64,000 nt of DNA from Eledone cirrhosa (GCA_964016885.1 OZ024766.1:6572001-6636000); one strand, 5' to 3'. Counted from the stretch's first letter, positions 39,822 to 53,848 are shown. Numbers and translations are program-made. The notes: generated from the letters alone by a model not told the origin.

Positions 39822-41290
39822 ATCCTGTCACTTTCTCACTCACTTTTACTATCATTCCCCTACTTTCATTTCCTCACTCTCTTTTATTATCAGCCCTCTA
39901 CTGTCATTTCCTCACTCACTTTTACTATCATTCCCCTACTTTCATTTCCTCACTCTCTTTTATTATCAGCCCTCTACTGTCATTTCCTCACTCACTTTTA
40001 CTATCATTCCCCTACTTTCATTTCCTCACTCTCTTTTATTATCAGCCCTCTACTGTCATTTCCTCACTCACTTTTACTATCATCCCCCTACTTTCATTTT
40101 CTCACTCTATTTTATTGTTCGCCCTACTGTCATTTCCTCACTCTTTTTACTATCATCCCCCTACTGTCACTTTCTCGCTCACTTTTATTAACATCCCCCT
40201 ACTGTCATTTCCTCTCTTTTATTATCATCCCTCTACTGTCATTTCCTCTCTTTTATTATCATCCCTCTACTGTCACTTTCTCACTCACTTTTATCATCAT
40301 TCTCCTACTGTCATTTCCTCACTCTCTTTTATTAACATCCCCATACTGTCATTTCCTCACTCTCTTTTATTATCATCCCTCTACTGTCACTTTCTCACTC
40401 ACTTTTATTTCATCCCTCTACTGTCATTTCCTCACTCTTTTTACTATCATCCCCCTACTGTCACTTTCTCACTCACTTTTATCATCATTCTCCTACTGTC
40501 ATTTCCTCACTCTCTTTTATTAACATCCCCCTACTGTCACTTTCTCACTCACTTTTATCATCATTCTCCTACTGTCATTTCCTCACTCTCTTTTATTAAC
40601 ATCCCCATACTGTCATTTCCTCACTCTCTTTTATTATCAGCCCTCTACTCTCATTTCCTCACTCTTTTTACTATCATCCCCCTACTGTCTCTTTCTCGCT
40701 CACTTTTATTTCATCCCTCTACTGTCATTTCCTCACTCTTTTTACTACTGTCACTTTCTCGCTCACTTTTATTAACATTCCCCTACTATCATTTTCTCAC
40801 TCTTTTTACTATCATTCCTCGACTGTCACTTTCTCACTCTATTTTATCATTTCCCCTACTGTCATTTTCTCAGTCACTTTTATCATCACCCCCCTACTGT
40901 CATTTTCTCAGTCACTTTTATCATCACGCCCCTACTGTCATTTTCTCAGTCACTTTTATCATCACACCCCTACTGTCATTTTCTCAGTCACTTTTATCAT
41001 CACCCCCCTACTGTCATTTTCTCAGTCACTTTTATCATCACCCCCCTACTGTCATTTTCTCAGTCACTTTTATCATCACCCACTACTGTCATTTTCTCAG
41101 TCACTTTTATCACACCCCTACTGTCATTTTCTCAGTCACTTTTATCATCACCCCCTACTGTCATTTTCTCAGTCACTTTTATCATCACCCCTACTGTCAT
41201 TTTCTCAGTCACTTTTATCATCACCCCCCCTACTGTCATTTTCTCAGTCACTTTTATCATCACCCCCCTACTGTCATTTTCTCAGTCACT
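39822..41290. repeat. Degenerate pyrimidine-rich ~39-41 bp minisatellite filling the G-H intron
   Basis: ctactgtcatttYctcaStcacttttatcatca motif throughout; units become more uniform towards the 3' end. Confidence 0.9.
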
Positions 41291-41322
41291 GATTATGCCA
41301 ACACTTTTCTCTTCATTTCTAG

Positions 41323-41444
41323 AGCTAGGAATCGATCTAGACGCCGATATCTCCACCCCAAGTACCCAAAATGCTCTTCATAACAATATAAATGGCATAA
41401 TGGAAGATTCAGGAGAAAGCAAAGCTACACGCAGCCCAAATCTT
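41323..41444 (+). CDS. Same gene, exon H (cytoplasmic)
   Basis: catttctag|AG CTA...AAT CTT|gtaagt; (E)LGIDLDADISTPSTQNALHNNINGIMEDSGESKATRSPNL; phase 1 to 0. Confidence 0.8.
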
Positions 41445-41544
41445 GTAAGTCCCATCACAAAGATGTTATGTGTATGTGTGTATATGTATGTATGTGTGTA
41501 TGGGTGCATGTATGAGTGTTTGTATGGATGTATTCATATATGAT

Positions 41545-41596
<52 letters not shown>

Positions 41597-41798
41597 ATGA
41601 ATGTGTATATTTATATATATATATATGTATATATATATATTTATATATGGGTGTAAATACACGAATATGTGTATGTATATATATATATGTGTGTGTGTGG
41701 GTGTTTGTAAGAGTGTATATATATATATATATATATATATGTGTATATATACCTGTATATGTACGTATGTATACATACATTTATATAAATATATATAA

Positions 41799-41836
<38 letters not shown>

Positions 41837-41890
41837 ATATATACCTGTATATGTACGTATGTATACATACATTTATATAAATATATATAA

Positions 41891-41932
<42 letters not shown>

Positions 41933-42032
41933 GTATGTATATATGCCTGTAAATATATATATTTATATATATATAATGTCTGTGACTATATATCCATGTA
42001 TGTATGTTTATATATCAGTATGTGTACATATA

Positions 42033-42082
<50 letters not shown>

Positions 42083-42172
42083 TGTATATATACGATTTTA
42101 ATCTTTGACCTTCAACTTTGACCTCTGCATTTCATCCATGACCTCCAAATTTCTTTGTTTGACTCCACTCAG

Positions 42173-42280
42173 GATTCTCCTGAGTCACACTCAGTGAAGG
42201 CTCTGAGTACACTCGACGAGTACGAGGAAAACTTGGACAAAATCTTAGATACGGCAGAGACGTCTGTATGTAGCTCGCAG
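42173..42280 (+). CDS. Same gene, exon I (cytoplasmic)
   Basis: actcag|GAT TCT...TCG CAG|gtttgt, with an alternative in-frame donor TCT|gtatgt after 42265; DSPESHSVKALSTLDEYEENLDKILDTAETSVCSSQ. Confidence 0.75.
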
Positions 42281-42464
42281 GTTTGTAAATAAACCCCGCC
42301 CCGCCCCCTCTCCCTCTGTCCTTGTACTACCTCCTCCTCCTCTGCCACTACCACCACCACCACCACCACCGCCGCCGCCACCACCACCTCTTACTATACT
42401 GCTTCACCACTCACCCTCTCGGGCCCCTCGTGTATGTAACAAATAATAACAAAATTAATAATAA

Positions 42465-43172
42465 TAATTGTTTCTACTTTTGGGGGGGCACAAGGCCAGC
42501 AATTACCCCAGTGTATTACTGGTACTTTATTTTATCGACCCTGTAATAACTGTTTCTACTTTTGGGGGCACAAGGCCAGCAATTACCCCAGTGCATTACT
42601 GGTACATTATTTTATCGACCCCGTAATAACTGTTTCTACTTTAGGCACAAGGCCAGCAATTACCCCAGTGTATTACTGGTACATTATTTTATCGACCCTG
42701 TAATAACTGTTTCTACTTTTGGCACAAGGCCAGCAATTACCCCAGTGTATTACTGGTACATTATTTTATCGACCCTGTAATAACTGTTTCTACTTTTGGC
42801 ACAAGGCCAGCAATTACCCCAGTGTATTACTGGTACATTATTTTATCGACCCTGTAATAACTGTTTCTACTTTTGGCACAAGGCCAGCAATTACCCCAGT
42901 GTATTACTGGTACATTATTTTATCAACCCTGTAATAACTGTTTCTACTTTTGGCACAAGGCCAGCAATTACCCCAGTGTATTACTGGTACATTAGTTTAT
43001 CGACCCTGTAATAACTGTTTCTACTTTTGGCACAAGGCCAGCAATTACCCCAGTGCATTACTGGTACTTTATTATATCGACCCCGTAAGGATGAAAGGCA
43101 AATTTAACCTCGGAGGGATTTAAACTCAGATCGTAAAGGGCCGTAACTCTCTGCTGCAAAGCATGGCTAAGA
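42465..43172 (-). mobile_element. SINE family A with the 72-bp tail module amplified ~8 times
   Basis: Head and core at 43060-43170 on the minus strand; 72-bp period upstream. Confidence 0.85.
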
Positions 43173-43671
43173 ATAATAATAATAATAATAATAATAGCGA
43201 CAATAGTAAAGGGCCGTAACTCTCTGCTGCAAAGCATGGCTAAGAATAATAATAATAATAATAGCGACAATAGTAACCCAAGGAAGCTATGGTATAGGAC
43301 AGTGCCCCAATATCTACCCCAGGGTGCCACACGGTGGGGACTGAAAACCTAAACCAGGTGGTTGCGAAAATGGCCTCCTTCCCTAACCACACAGCAATGA
43401 CTGTACCTCAAAATAACTTCATACTAACACAGACTTGTTTGAAATATCACCATCGCCACCACCATCTCCGCCATGCCACCGCTTACCCATTCACCCATAA
43501 CGTCTCCATGGCCCCAGGAGGGGAGAGAATGAAATAATTTTGCCGTTTGGTGTTAAAATAAAAATCTATTTTTGTTGTTTTTATTTAATTTTTTTTTTGT
43601 TTTTTTTTTTTTGTTTAATTTTTTTATTTTTGCTTATTATAATTTTGTCTTGTTTGTTTTGGTGGTGGTTT

Positions 43672-43704
<33 letters not shown>

Positions 43705-43884
43705 ATATACACACACATACACACACACCTACATCTATATACATAAATATCTATACACAAATATATACATATATATATATATATATTCATACATACATAC
43801 TTATATATATATTATATATATATATATATATTAATATATAATATATATATATATTCATACATACTTATATATATATTATATATA

Positions 43885-43922
<38 letters not shown>

Positions 43923-44020
43923 TATATATTCATACATACACACTTATATATATATATATATATATTCATACATACATACTTATATATATATTATATATAT
44001 ATATATATGTTATATATATA

Positions 44021-44058
<38 letters not shown>

Positions 44059-44189
44059 TATATATTCATACATACATACTTATATATATATATATATATA
44101 ATATATATATATATTCATACATACATACTTATATATATATTATATATATATATATATATATATTCATACATACATACTTATATATATAT

Positions 44190-44228
<39 letters not shown>

Positions 44229-44324
44229 TACATACATACTTATATATATATTATATATATATTCATACATACATACTTATATATATATTATATATATATA
44301 TATTATATATAATATATATAATAT

Positions 44325-44359
<35 letters not shown>

Positions 44360-44492
44360 CCCTTGATAAGTTCAGCTGGATTCCCGCCATTTGAAGACTG
44401 GCGTTTAGTTTGATCTAGATGTCAAAACAGATCTCAACTGTCTAGGTCCTGAATCTTTTCATACACACACACACACCCACACACCCACACAA

Positions 44493-44547
<55 letters not shown>

Positions 44548-45644
44548 CGAGGCGGCTTCAAAAAGTTCGTGGAAAAAGTACATAGCTAAAAATCATATAC
44601 ATGGATTTTATTCTCAATGCACTCGTACGCTCTCCTACTAATGTGTCATAACATGTTCTAACATTAACCCTTTAGCATTCACATTATTTTATATATACTA
44701 TTGTATTTTCACAGTAAAGGCTTTACCTCACATAATACCTCACATAACATTTACATTACTCTATATATACTATTGTATTTTCACAGTAAAGGCTTTACCT
44801 CACATAATACCTCACATAACATTTACATTACTCTATATATACTATTGTATTTTCACAGTAAAGGCTTTACCTCACATAATATCTCACATAACATTTACAT
44901 TACTCTATATATACTATTGTATTTTCACAGTAAAGGCTTTACCTCACATAATATCTCACATAACATTTACATTACTCTATATATACTATTGTATTTTCAC
45001 AGTAAAGGCTTTATCTAACATAATATCTCACATAACATTTACATTACTCTATATATACTATTGTATTTTCACAGTAAAGGCTTTACCTCACATAATATCT
45101 CACATATCGAATCTATGACATTTTGAAAGTATTTATTTTGAGAACAATACCTTAACATCAGTTTGAGCGACCAGTTACAGCCAGTTTCAACAGAATGAGG
45201 TCGCGAATTGTGGCCGGTTTGAACACTCTAGGGTTAGGGTTCCAAATGGCACCGCCAGTTAGAACTCATCACCTACTCGAGAGACATGGTGAAGTTATGG
45301 TGGAAGAGAAGCCAAACCATTGACACTCTGGAGCAAGTTTATGGGGACAATGCCCCAAAGAAATCAACAACCTACAAATAGAAAAGTCCTTTAAGAAGTG
45401 GAAGAGATGAGGTTAAAGATGATCCCCAATTGAAAATGTGAAGATATAAAAGAAATCTCTGCTTTGACATGGTTTAAATCACATGGCCTTCAGTTTTCCA
45501 CAGATGGATCTAAAGGCTGGTATCAATGATAGCAGAAGTATATTGGCCTAGATGGAGCGTATATTGAAAAATAAAAATAAACATCATAACTAAAACCATT
45601 TTTTCCAGTTGTCCTTTTTCCGCAAACTTTTTTAATCAGCCTCA
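44548..45644 (+). mobile_element. Decayed, internally deleted mariner (Hsmar2/irritans-like)
   Basis: TA|CGAGGCGGCTTCAAAAAGTTCGTGGAAAA left TIR and matching degenerate right TIR|TA; 45286-45426 reads MVKLWWKRSQTIDTLEQVYGDNAPKKSTTYK*...GRDEVKDD; C-terminal LDGAYIEK*. Confidence 0.85.
44668..45233. mobile_element. piggyBac-like MITE nested in the mariner, 72-bp module x~6
   Basis: TTAA|ccctttagcatt ... aacactctaggg|TTAG; reverse complement of 28167-28961. Confidence 0.75.
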
Positions 45645-45666
45645 TATAGAGTATATACTCATGTAT

Positions 45667-45719
<53 letters not shown>

Positions 45720-46573
45720 CAAACTTTACTTTCAAATATATATAACTCTTTGAAGGATGCACTCAATACAACACTAATTCACACTGACCCTGTTTCCATA
45801 CTGATCTAACTTCTGGCCTGTTGGCATGGTGATCGAATGTCTGGCCTCGTTTCCATGGTGATCTAACTTCTGGCCTGTTGGCATGGTGATCTCTACTTCG
45901 ATCTGTTGCTATGGTGATCTCTACTCTACTCTCTCTGTCTTGTTGGCATGGTGATCTAAATTTTGATTTTTGTTTCCATAGCAAACTAACCCCACTGTGT
46001 GTGTGTATATATATGTATGTATGTGTGTGTGTGTGTGTTTTTGTATTTGTGTATGCGTATATAATTATGTAGGGTATATAAGTGTATATATATATGTATG
46101 TATGTATATATATGTGTATATGTATGTATATATATGTATATGTATGTATATATATGTATATGTATGTATATGTATGTATATGTATGTATATATATGTATA
46201 TATGTGTATATGTATATATATATATATGTATGTGTATATATGTATGTGTATACTTATATATGTATGTGTATATGTATATGTATGTGTGTATGTATGTATA
46301 TGTATCTATATATATATGTATCTATATATATATGTATCTATATATATATATATATATACACATGCATATATATACACACATATACATATATATATATATG
46401 TATATACATATATGTATACACATATACACACACATATATATATATATATACATACATATATGTATATACACAAACACTCATATACATACATACATACATA
46501 CCTATATATATACATATACATACATACATACCTATATATATACATATACATACATACATACCTATATATATAC

Positions 46574-46640
<67 letters not shown>

Positions 46641-46655
46641 TATACATATATATAC

Positions 46656-46690
<35 letters not shown>

Positions 46691-47555
46691 CACATATCTC
46701 ATTTCAAATAACACCCTGCATGGTTTGTCAATAACAACAACAAAAACAACAGGTATGTCATCATTCTGGTTCTGTTAAAACTAACCTTCTAATATATTCC
46801 CATAATCCTATATTCCTGTATTCCTGTATTCCTATAATCTTCTCGTCTCTAATGTTCTGACAAATAATCTCTCATTCTCGTTCATTTATATAATCTAATA
46901 TTCTGAAGAAGTATTTTATTATGATGTATTTGACAGAGAGATTGAACTATAGTCTGTCTGTCTCTCTGTTTGTCTCTCTGTCTCTCTGTTTATTTCTCTG
47001 TCTCTCTGTTTATCTCTCTGTCTGTTTATCTCTCTGTCTGTCTGTCTGTATGTCTGCCTGCCTGTTTATCTCTCTGTCTGTCTGTCTCTCTCTCTCTCTG
47101 TCTCTCTGTCTGTCTGTCTCTCTGTCTCTCTGTCTCTCTCTCTGTCTCTCTCTCTTTCTCTCTGTCTGTCTCTCTCTCTCTGTCTGTCTCTCTATCTATC
47201 TCTCTTTCTCTCTCACCCTCCCTCAGCCTTTCTGTCTGTTATCATCATCATCGTTTAACGTCCATTTTCCACCCTAGCATGGGTTTCTCTCTCTATCAAT
47301 CTCTCTCTTTCTTTCTCTCTCTCTGTATGTTTACTCCTCTCTCTCTGTGTTTGCCTGTCTCACTCTCTTTCTCTTTGTCTCACTCTCTTTCTCTTTGTCT
47401 AACTCTCTCTCTATATATATATATGTCTGCTTCTCTCTCGCTCTCTCTCTCTCTCCCCCTCTCTCTCTCACCCCCACCCCCACCCATCTCTCCCTCTCTC
47501 CCCCTACCTCTCTCTCTCCCTCCCTATCTCCCCCTATCTCTCTCCCTCTCTCTCC

Positions 47556-47587
<32 letters not shown>

Positions 47588-47873
47588 GCCTGTTAGTATG
47601 TCTTTATCTGTTTGCCTATCTATCCTTCTGTTTCTATCGCCTGATAATATAATTTACGAAGGGAAACAACTCTTTACAAACATGTAGATATTTATTTTCC
47701 AAGGGAGGTGACTCTAAAGTGAATGTTTCTTTTAAAACTCGAAGAATAATTTCCCTTGAAAATTACGTACTTGCATTCATATATATATATGGTATATATA
47801 TATATTTATTTATATATATATATATACATACATATATATATAAATATATATATATATACATACACACGCACAC

Positions 47874-47939
<66 letters not shown>

Positions 47940-48099
47940 ACACACACCCACACATATATATAATGTTCTTTCTAAACTAATCTTTAATGTGAATATAATT
48001 CCTTTCCTCTTTCTTTTCTTTTTTTCATTCCGTCTCTCCTACTACTGTGTCACTACCACCACTGATACTACTACATCGATGATGATGATGATGATGATG

Positions 48100-49045
48100 A
48101 TGATTGCCAACTAACTACCAATTACCAACACCACCAAACATCACCAACCGCTGCCATCGCCACAACCACCGACAAAACTACTACCACCCCTACTACTACT
48201 ACTACTACCAACAACAACACCATGACCACCGATACCAATACCCCCTCGATGACAACGAAACGACGACCACCAACAACGCCATCGACACCACCACCACCAA
48301 CGACACCACCAACAACGACACCACCATCGACACCAACAACACCATCGACACCAACAACGACACCAACAACACCACCACCACCAACAACAACAACAACAAC
48401 ACCACCACCAACACCGACACCATCGACGACACCACCAACACCACCATCGACACCAACAACACCATCGACACCAACAACGACACCAACAACACCACCGACA
48501 ACAACAACACCACCACCAACACCGACACCATCGACGACACCACCAACACCACCATCGACACCAACAACGACACCACCACCAACAACAACAACACCACCAC
48601 CACCACCACCACCACCAACACCACCACCACCAACACCACCGACACCACCATCGTCACCACCACCACCAACACCGACACCACCATCGTCACCACCACCAAC
48701 AACACCGACACCACCATCGTCACCACCAACAACATCGACACCATCGACACCACCACCACCACCATCGTCACCACCACCACCACCATCGACACCAACACCG
48801 ACACCACCATCGACACCGACACCACCATCGTCACCACCACCAACAACGACACCACCACCACCAACAACAACACCATCGACACCACCACCAACAACAACGA
48901 CACCACCAACAACAACAACACCACCATCGACACCACCACCACCACCACCAACAACACCACCACCAACAACACCATCGACACCACCATCGACACCACCACC
49001 ACCAACAACAACAACATCGACACCGACACCGCCGCCACGACCACC
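48100..49045. repeat. Cryptic CAC/CAA/CGA triplet repeat
   Basis: Low-complexity tract directly upstream of exon J. Confidence 0.85.
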
Positions 49046-49073
49046 ACTGCTGACTTCCCGTTCGGCCCACAAG

Positions 49074-49706
49074 AGCGGAGTGGACAGCTACATATCGGCT
49101 GGTCGGCAGAGCAGCAACGACCAGACAAACGGGGACAGTGGCTACGAGGCAAGCTCTGCGAAGCCGGAAGGCGAGGAAGAAGGGGAGATAACTGGCGAGA
49201 ACACAGCCGACACCATCTCGCCGGACAGTCCTCCTCCACCTCCCCCCCCACCACCACCGCCGCCGCCACCTCCGCCACCTCCCCCGCCGCCGCCGCTCGA
49301 CGAAGAAGACGGTGGCGCACAGCAACAGCAACAACAACAACAACATCAGCAACAACAAGGACCACAATCACAACAGGGGCAACTAGGTACTCAGCAGAAG
49401 CCGCAGAGGGATCCGAAAAAGGCCCCTTACGTTGCTGCTGGCAGCGGCAGCAGCCGAAATTTGCAAGGGAAGCCAAAGCCGAAAGCTAGCAGCCAGCAAT
49501 ACCAACGTCACCCCCACTCGCACCACCACCATCCCCGCTCCCACCACCAACACCACCCACTGGCCTCCGCCTCCGCCACCCCTTCGCCGTCGCCATCCTC
49601 TCCTGCTTCCTCGCCCCCTTCCTCGACGACGTCGCCGTCGCCTTCTCCCTCGTCCATGTCAGACTCTAGGCAAAGACTGTTGCAGAACTCCGAGGTGAAC
49701 GTCTGA
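49074..49706 (+). CDS. Same gene, terminal exon J (poly-Pro/Gln/His tail, ends SEVNV*)
   Basis: gctgac branch, cccacaag|AGC GGA GTG, phase 0; GC-rich complex sequence in frame with ORF 48222..49706; stop TGA at 49704-49706. The AAG acceptor is the least certain boundary. Confidence 0.75.
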   Translation, partial: SGVDSYISAGRQSSNDQTNGDSGYEASSAKPEGEEEGEITGENTADTISPDSPPPPPPPPPPPPPPPPPPPPPPLDEEDGGAQQQQQQQQHQQQQGPQSQQGQLGTQQKPQRDPKKAPYVAAGSGSSRNLQGKPKPKASSQQYQRHPHSHHHHPRSHHQHHPLASASATPSPSPSSPASSPPSSTTSPSPSPSSMSDSRQRLLQNSEVNV

Positions 49707-49924
49707 CGAGGGTCGAAGTAGGCGGGAACAACCACCTGACAGACAGACAGTCAAAGCAGCAGCAGCAGCAACAGCTGTTGTTTGCAGAAATAGCTGTGAG
49801 GAGGAAGATGGAGAGTGAAGGGGAGATGATAGGGTATGAGGAACTTGGGAAGGGGGGGTGCAGCGCTTTTTAGGAACGTTGTGGTAAAGCGTGCAGGTTT
49901 TTTTTTTTTTCTTTTTTGGTGATT

Positions 49925-50390
49925 TTTTGCAAATTCCGCCCTGAAGAGGTTGAAGAAAGCGGGAACAAAAAAAATCAGAAAAGGAAAAAAGAAAGGAGCT
50001 AGCTACAGCCAGATTTTTGTTTCTTCTATTTTAAAATTCCGCCCTGATGAGATTGAAGAAGGCGGAAACAAAATAAAATAATTTAAAAAAAAAGAGTAAG
50101 AAGCTAGCTGCAGCTGGTTTTTTAAATCTTTTTGGGGAGATTTTCTTCTCTTCCTTCTTTTTTTCTTTTTTGGCAAATTCCGCCCTGACGAGGTTGAAGA
50201 AGGCGGCCACAAAAATCAAAAATTAGAATCAGAAACAGAAAAAAAAAAAAATAAGAGCTAACTGTAGCTGAGTTTTTTTTTTTCTTCTTTTTTGGCAAAT
50301 TCCGCCATGATGAGGTTGAAGAAGGCGGGAACAAAAATCAAAAATTGGAATCAGAATGAGAAAATAAAGAAGTAGCTAGCTTCAGCCGGG
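49925..50390 (+). repeat. Four ~100-140 bp units, each with a conserved hairpin, in the probable 3' UTR
   Basis: aaattccgcc-(C/A)TGANGAgRttGAAGAA-Rgcgg at ~49931, ~50034, ~50175 and ~50297. Confidence 0.85.
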
Positions 50391-50605
50391 GGAAGGGTAT
50401 TGGCGAAGGGATGGGTGTTGCTTTTAAGACTGTGGTGGCAGGAGCTGGGAGAAGGGTGCATTAAATTGGGAACCTAGTCTTGTTTTTTATTTTTTTTTGT
50501 CGTTATCAGTAAAAAAAAAAAAAAATAATAGTGTTATATATATATATATATTTTTTTTTTCCTGTTTTTTTTTTTTTTAAGGGAGAGCAAAAAAAAAAAA
50601 AAAAA

Positions 50606-50639
<34 letters not shown>

Positions 50640-51110
50640 TCAAAAGACAGACAGACAGACTGAGAGAGAGAGAAAATTGTTGTGACAATAATGATGATGA
50701 TGATGGTGGAGAGTAAAATTTAAAAAAAAAAAGTTAAGCATGCATGCACACATACTTGTATATATATATGTGTGTGCTTATGTGTGTATATATATATATG
50801 TATGTATATGTATGTACGTATGTATATATATGTGTGTGCTTATGTGTGTATATATATATATATGTATGTACGTACGTATGTATATATATGTGTGTGCTTA
50901 TGTGTGTATATATATATATGTATGTATGTATATGTATGTACGTATGTATATATATGTGTGTGCTTATGTGTGTATATATATATATATATATTTATGTATA
51001 TGTGTGTGAATGTGTGTGTGTGCGTATATATATATTTTATGTATATATATATAAAAACATGTATATATATATATATGTGTGTATATATGTATACTCAAAT
51101 GTAGAGAAAA

Positions 51111-51152
<42 letters not shown>

Positions 51153-51233
51153 CGCACATACATACACAATATATACATATATGAATATATATTTATATAT
51201 ATACATACATACAGACACACAGTCACAATATAT

Positions 51234-51268
<35 letters not shown>

Positions 51269-51353
51269 ATATAAATTCATATATGTATATATATATATAA
51301 AGATATATATATAAATATATATATATAAATTCATATATGTATATATATATATA

Positions 51354-51387
<34 letters not shown>

Positions 51388-51485
51388 TATATGTATATAT
51401 ATATATATAAATTCATATATATGAATTCATATATGTATATATATATATATAAATTCATATATGTATATATATATATATAAATTCA

Positions 51486-51538
<53 letters not shown>

Positions 51539-51562
51539 TCATATATATATATACACACACAT

Positions 51563-51596
<34 letters not shown>

Positions 51597-51862
51597 CACT
51601 ATTGTGCATCAAGGAGCGTCCTACAGTTATTTCTGCATGCAACTGCAACTAATGGTGCAGATTTTTAATTAAAATGTTAATCGTTTGTTGTACAAAAACT
51701 TTAAACCAGCCAACTCTGTTTTATGTGTGTGTGTAGTATATATACGTGTGTGTGTGTGTGTAGTATATATATGTGTGTGTGTGTGTGTGTAGTTTATATG
51801 TGTGTGTGTGTGTGTGTGTGTGTTTGAGTGAATCTATGATGGAAGCATGTGTGGTGTGTGTG

Positions 51863-51921
<59 letters not shown>

Positions 51922-52021
51922 GTATTTATATATTTATAGATATATATTTATATATATATCTATATATAATATATATATATATATAATCTATATATATATA
52001 TATTTTATATATATATAACTA

Positions 52022-52052
<31 letters not shown>

Positions 52053-52365
52053 TCATATACATGTATATATATTCATATACATGTATATATATATTCATAT
52101 ACATGTATATATATTTATATATTCATATACATGTATATATATTCATATACATGTATATATATTTATGTATATATATACATGTATATATATTTATGTATAT
52201 ATATACATGTATATATATTTATGTATATATATATACATATATATATATTCATATACATGTATATATATACACACACACATGTGTGTGTATGCAGAATGTA
52301 TCGATATATAGAAATACGAGTATGTATATATGTAGCAATACATGTATGTATATATATATCTATAA

Positions 52366-52426
<61 letters not shown>

Positions 52427-52792
52427 TGTATGTATAATGTATGTATGTATTTATAAATGTCTCTTTTTCTTTAATTTTCATATTTTATTTATAAAATAAA
52501 GACAAATTATAAAAAAGAATATAAAGATTAATATATATAAAGTGTATATATATATATATATATATATGTTTATATGTGTATATACATATATTTGTGTGTA
52601 TCTATATTGTATATATATATGTATGTATATATAAAAATATGTTCATATATGTATATAAATATATATATATTTATATATATATATATAAACATATATGTAT
52701 ATATACACACATAAACATATATATATATTCATATATATATATATATATAGATATTGTATATACAGAAAAGTATTGTACACACATACAAAGTG

Positions 52793-52847
<55 letters not shown>

Positions 52848-52974
52848 AATAAAATATTTAAAATGTATTAAATGTTTTTTTTTTATTTGTGTATGTATGT
52901 GTATATCTATTTGTTCAATATATATGTGAGTGTGTGTATATATGTATAACCAGAAATATATATATATATATATC

Positions 52975-53316
52975 ATTTTCATCATCATTTCATTTTACGT
53001 CCACTTTTCCCTGCTTGCAAGGGTGGGACGGGAACTGATTCTGGCTAGATTTCTACAGCTGGATGCCCTTCCTAACACCAACCTCATTTACAGTGAGTGC
53101 TGGGTGCTTTTTTGCCGTGGCACCTCCACGACCACTTTGCAGTGGAATGATAGGGACCCCAGTCCCTATCATCTCATTTCTACAGCTGAGTAAACTGGAG
53201 CAATGTGAAATAAAGTGTCTTGCTCAAGGAAACAACACATCACCCGGTCCGAGAATTGAACTCACAACCTTTCGATTGCAAGGCCAATGCTCTAACCACT
53301 AAGCCATGTGCCTCCA
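52975..53316 (-). mobile_element. Full-length SINE family B, single-module form
   Basis: Minus strand: tggaggcacatggcttagtggttagagc (A box), gagttcaattc (B box), ccttgagcaagacacttt core, RTE-type tail and (ATG)n. Confidence 0.85.
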
Positions 53317-53330
53317 TATATATATATATA

Positions 53331-53474
53331 GTTTTAATATAGATGAGATTCTACAGGACTAGAACTGTTTCATTCATTCGAAATCATCAGGAATCTGGGT
53401 ATATACCCAGATTCCTGATGATTTCTAATGAATGAAACAGTTCTAGTCCTGTAGAATCTCATCTATATTAAAAC
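53331..53474. ncRNA. 144-bp palindrome encoding a type-I hammerhead on each strand
   Basis: + strand: AGATTC-CTGATGA-tttctaatgaat-GAA-ACAG-ttctagtc-CTGT-A-GAATCT; mirror copy on the - strand; one arm mismatch seen. Confidence 0.8.
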
Positions 53475-53541
53475 TTTTATACTCTGCTATGTATTGAGTA
53501 CCTTACTTACTGTGGTTACCTCCGATTCAACCCGGAATAAC

Positions 53542-53575
<34 letters not shown>

Positions 53576-53703
53576 CTGCCAAGACTGGGATTGATCCATC
53601 AGCACAATTAAGGTATGTCAAACACCAATTTATTTTATCTGATGAGGACGTACTGAGAAAACAGTACAGTACCTCTGAAATATATATTTATTAATATTTT
53701 GAA

Positions 53704-53745
<42 letters not shown>

Positions 53746-53748
<3 letters not shown>

Positions 53749-53848
53749 AAGCTTCTACAGGACTAGAACTGTTTGATTCATGTGAAATCATCAGGAAGCT
53801 TCCTGATGATTTTACTTGAATGAAACAGTTCTAGTCCTGTAGAAGCTT

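Noticed and set aside
46745-46760. AACAG|GTATGT possible exon end or recursive splice site
   Set aside because: No polypyrimidine tract or upstream acceptor supports it.
48222-49073. Thr/Pro mucin-like ORF in frame with the last exon
   Set aside because: Triplet-repeat tract open in several frames on both strands, with no convincing acceptor upstream; treated as intron, though retention is not excluded.
53240-53316. tRNA-like sequences at SINE heads (also 54085, 19582, 31640)
   Set aside because: A and B boxes run directly into SINE bodies; no complete cloverleaf.
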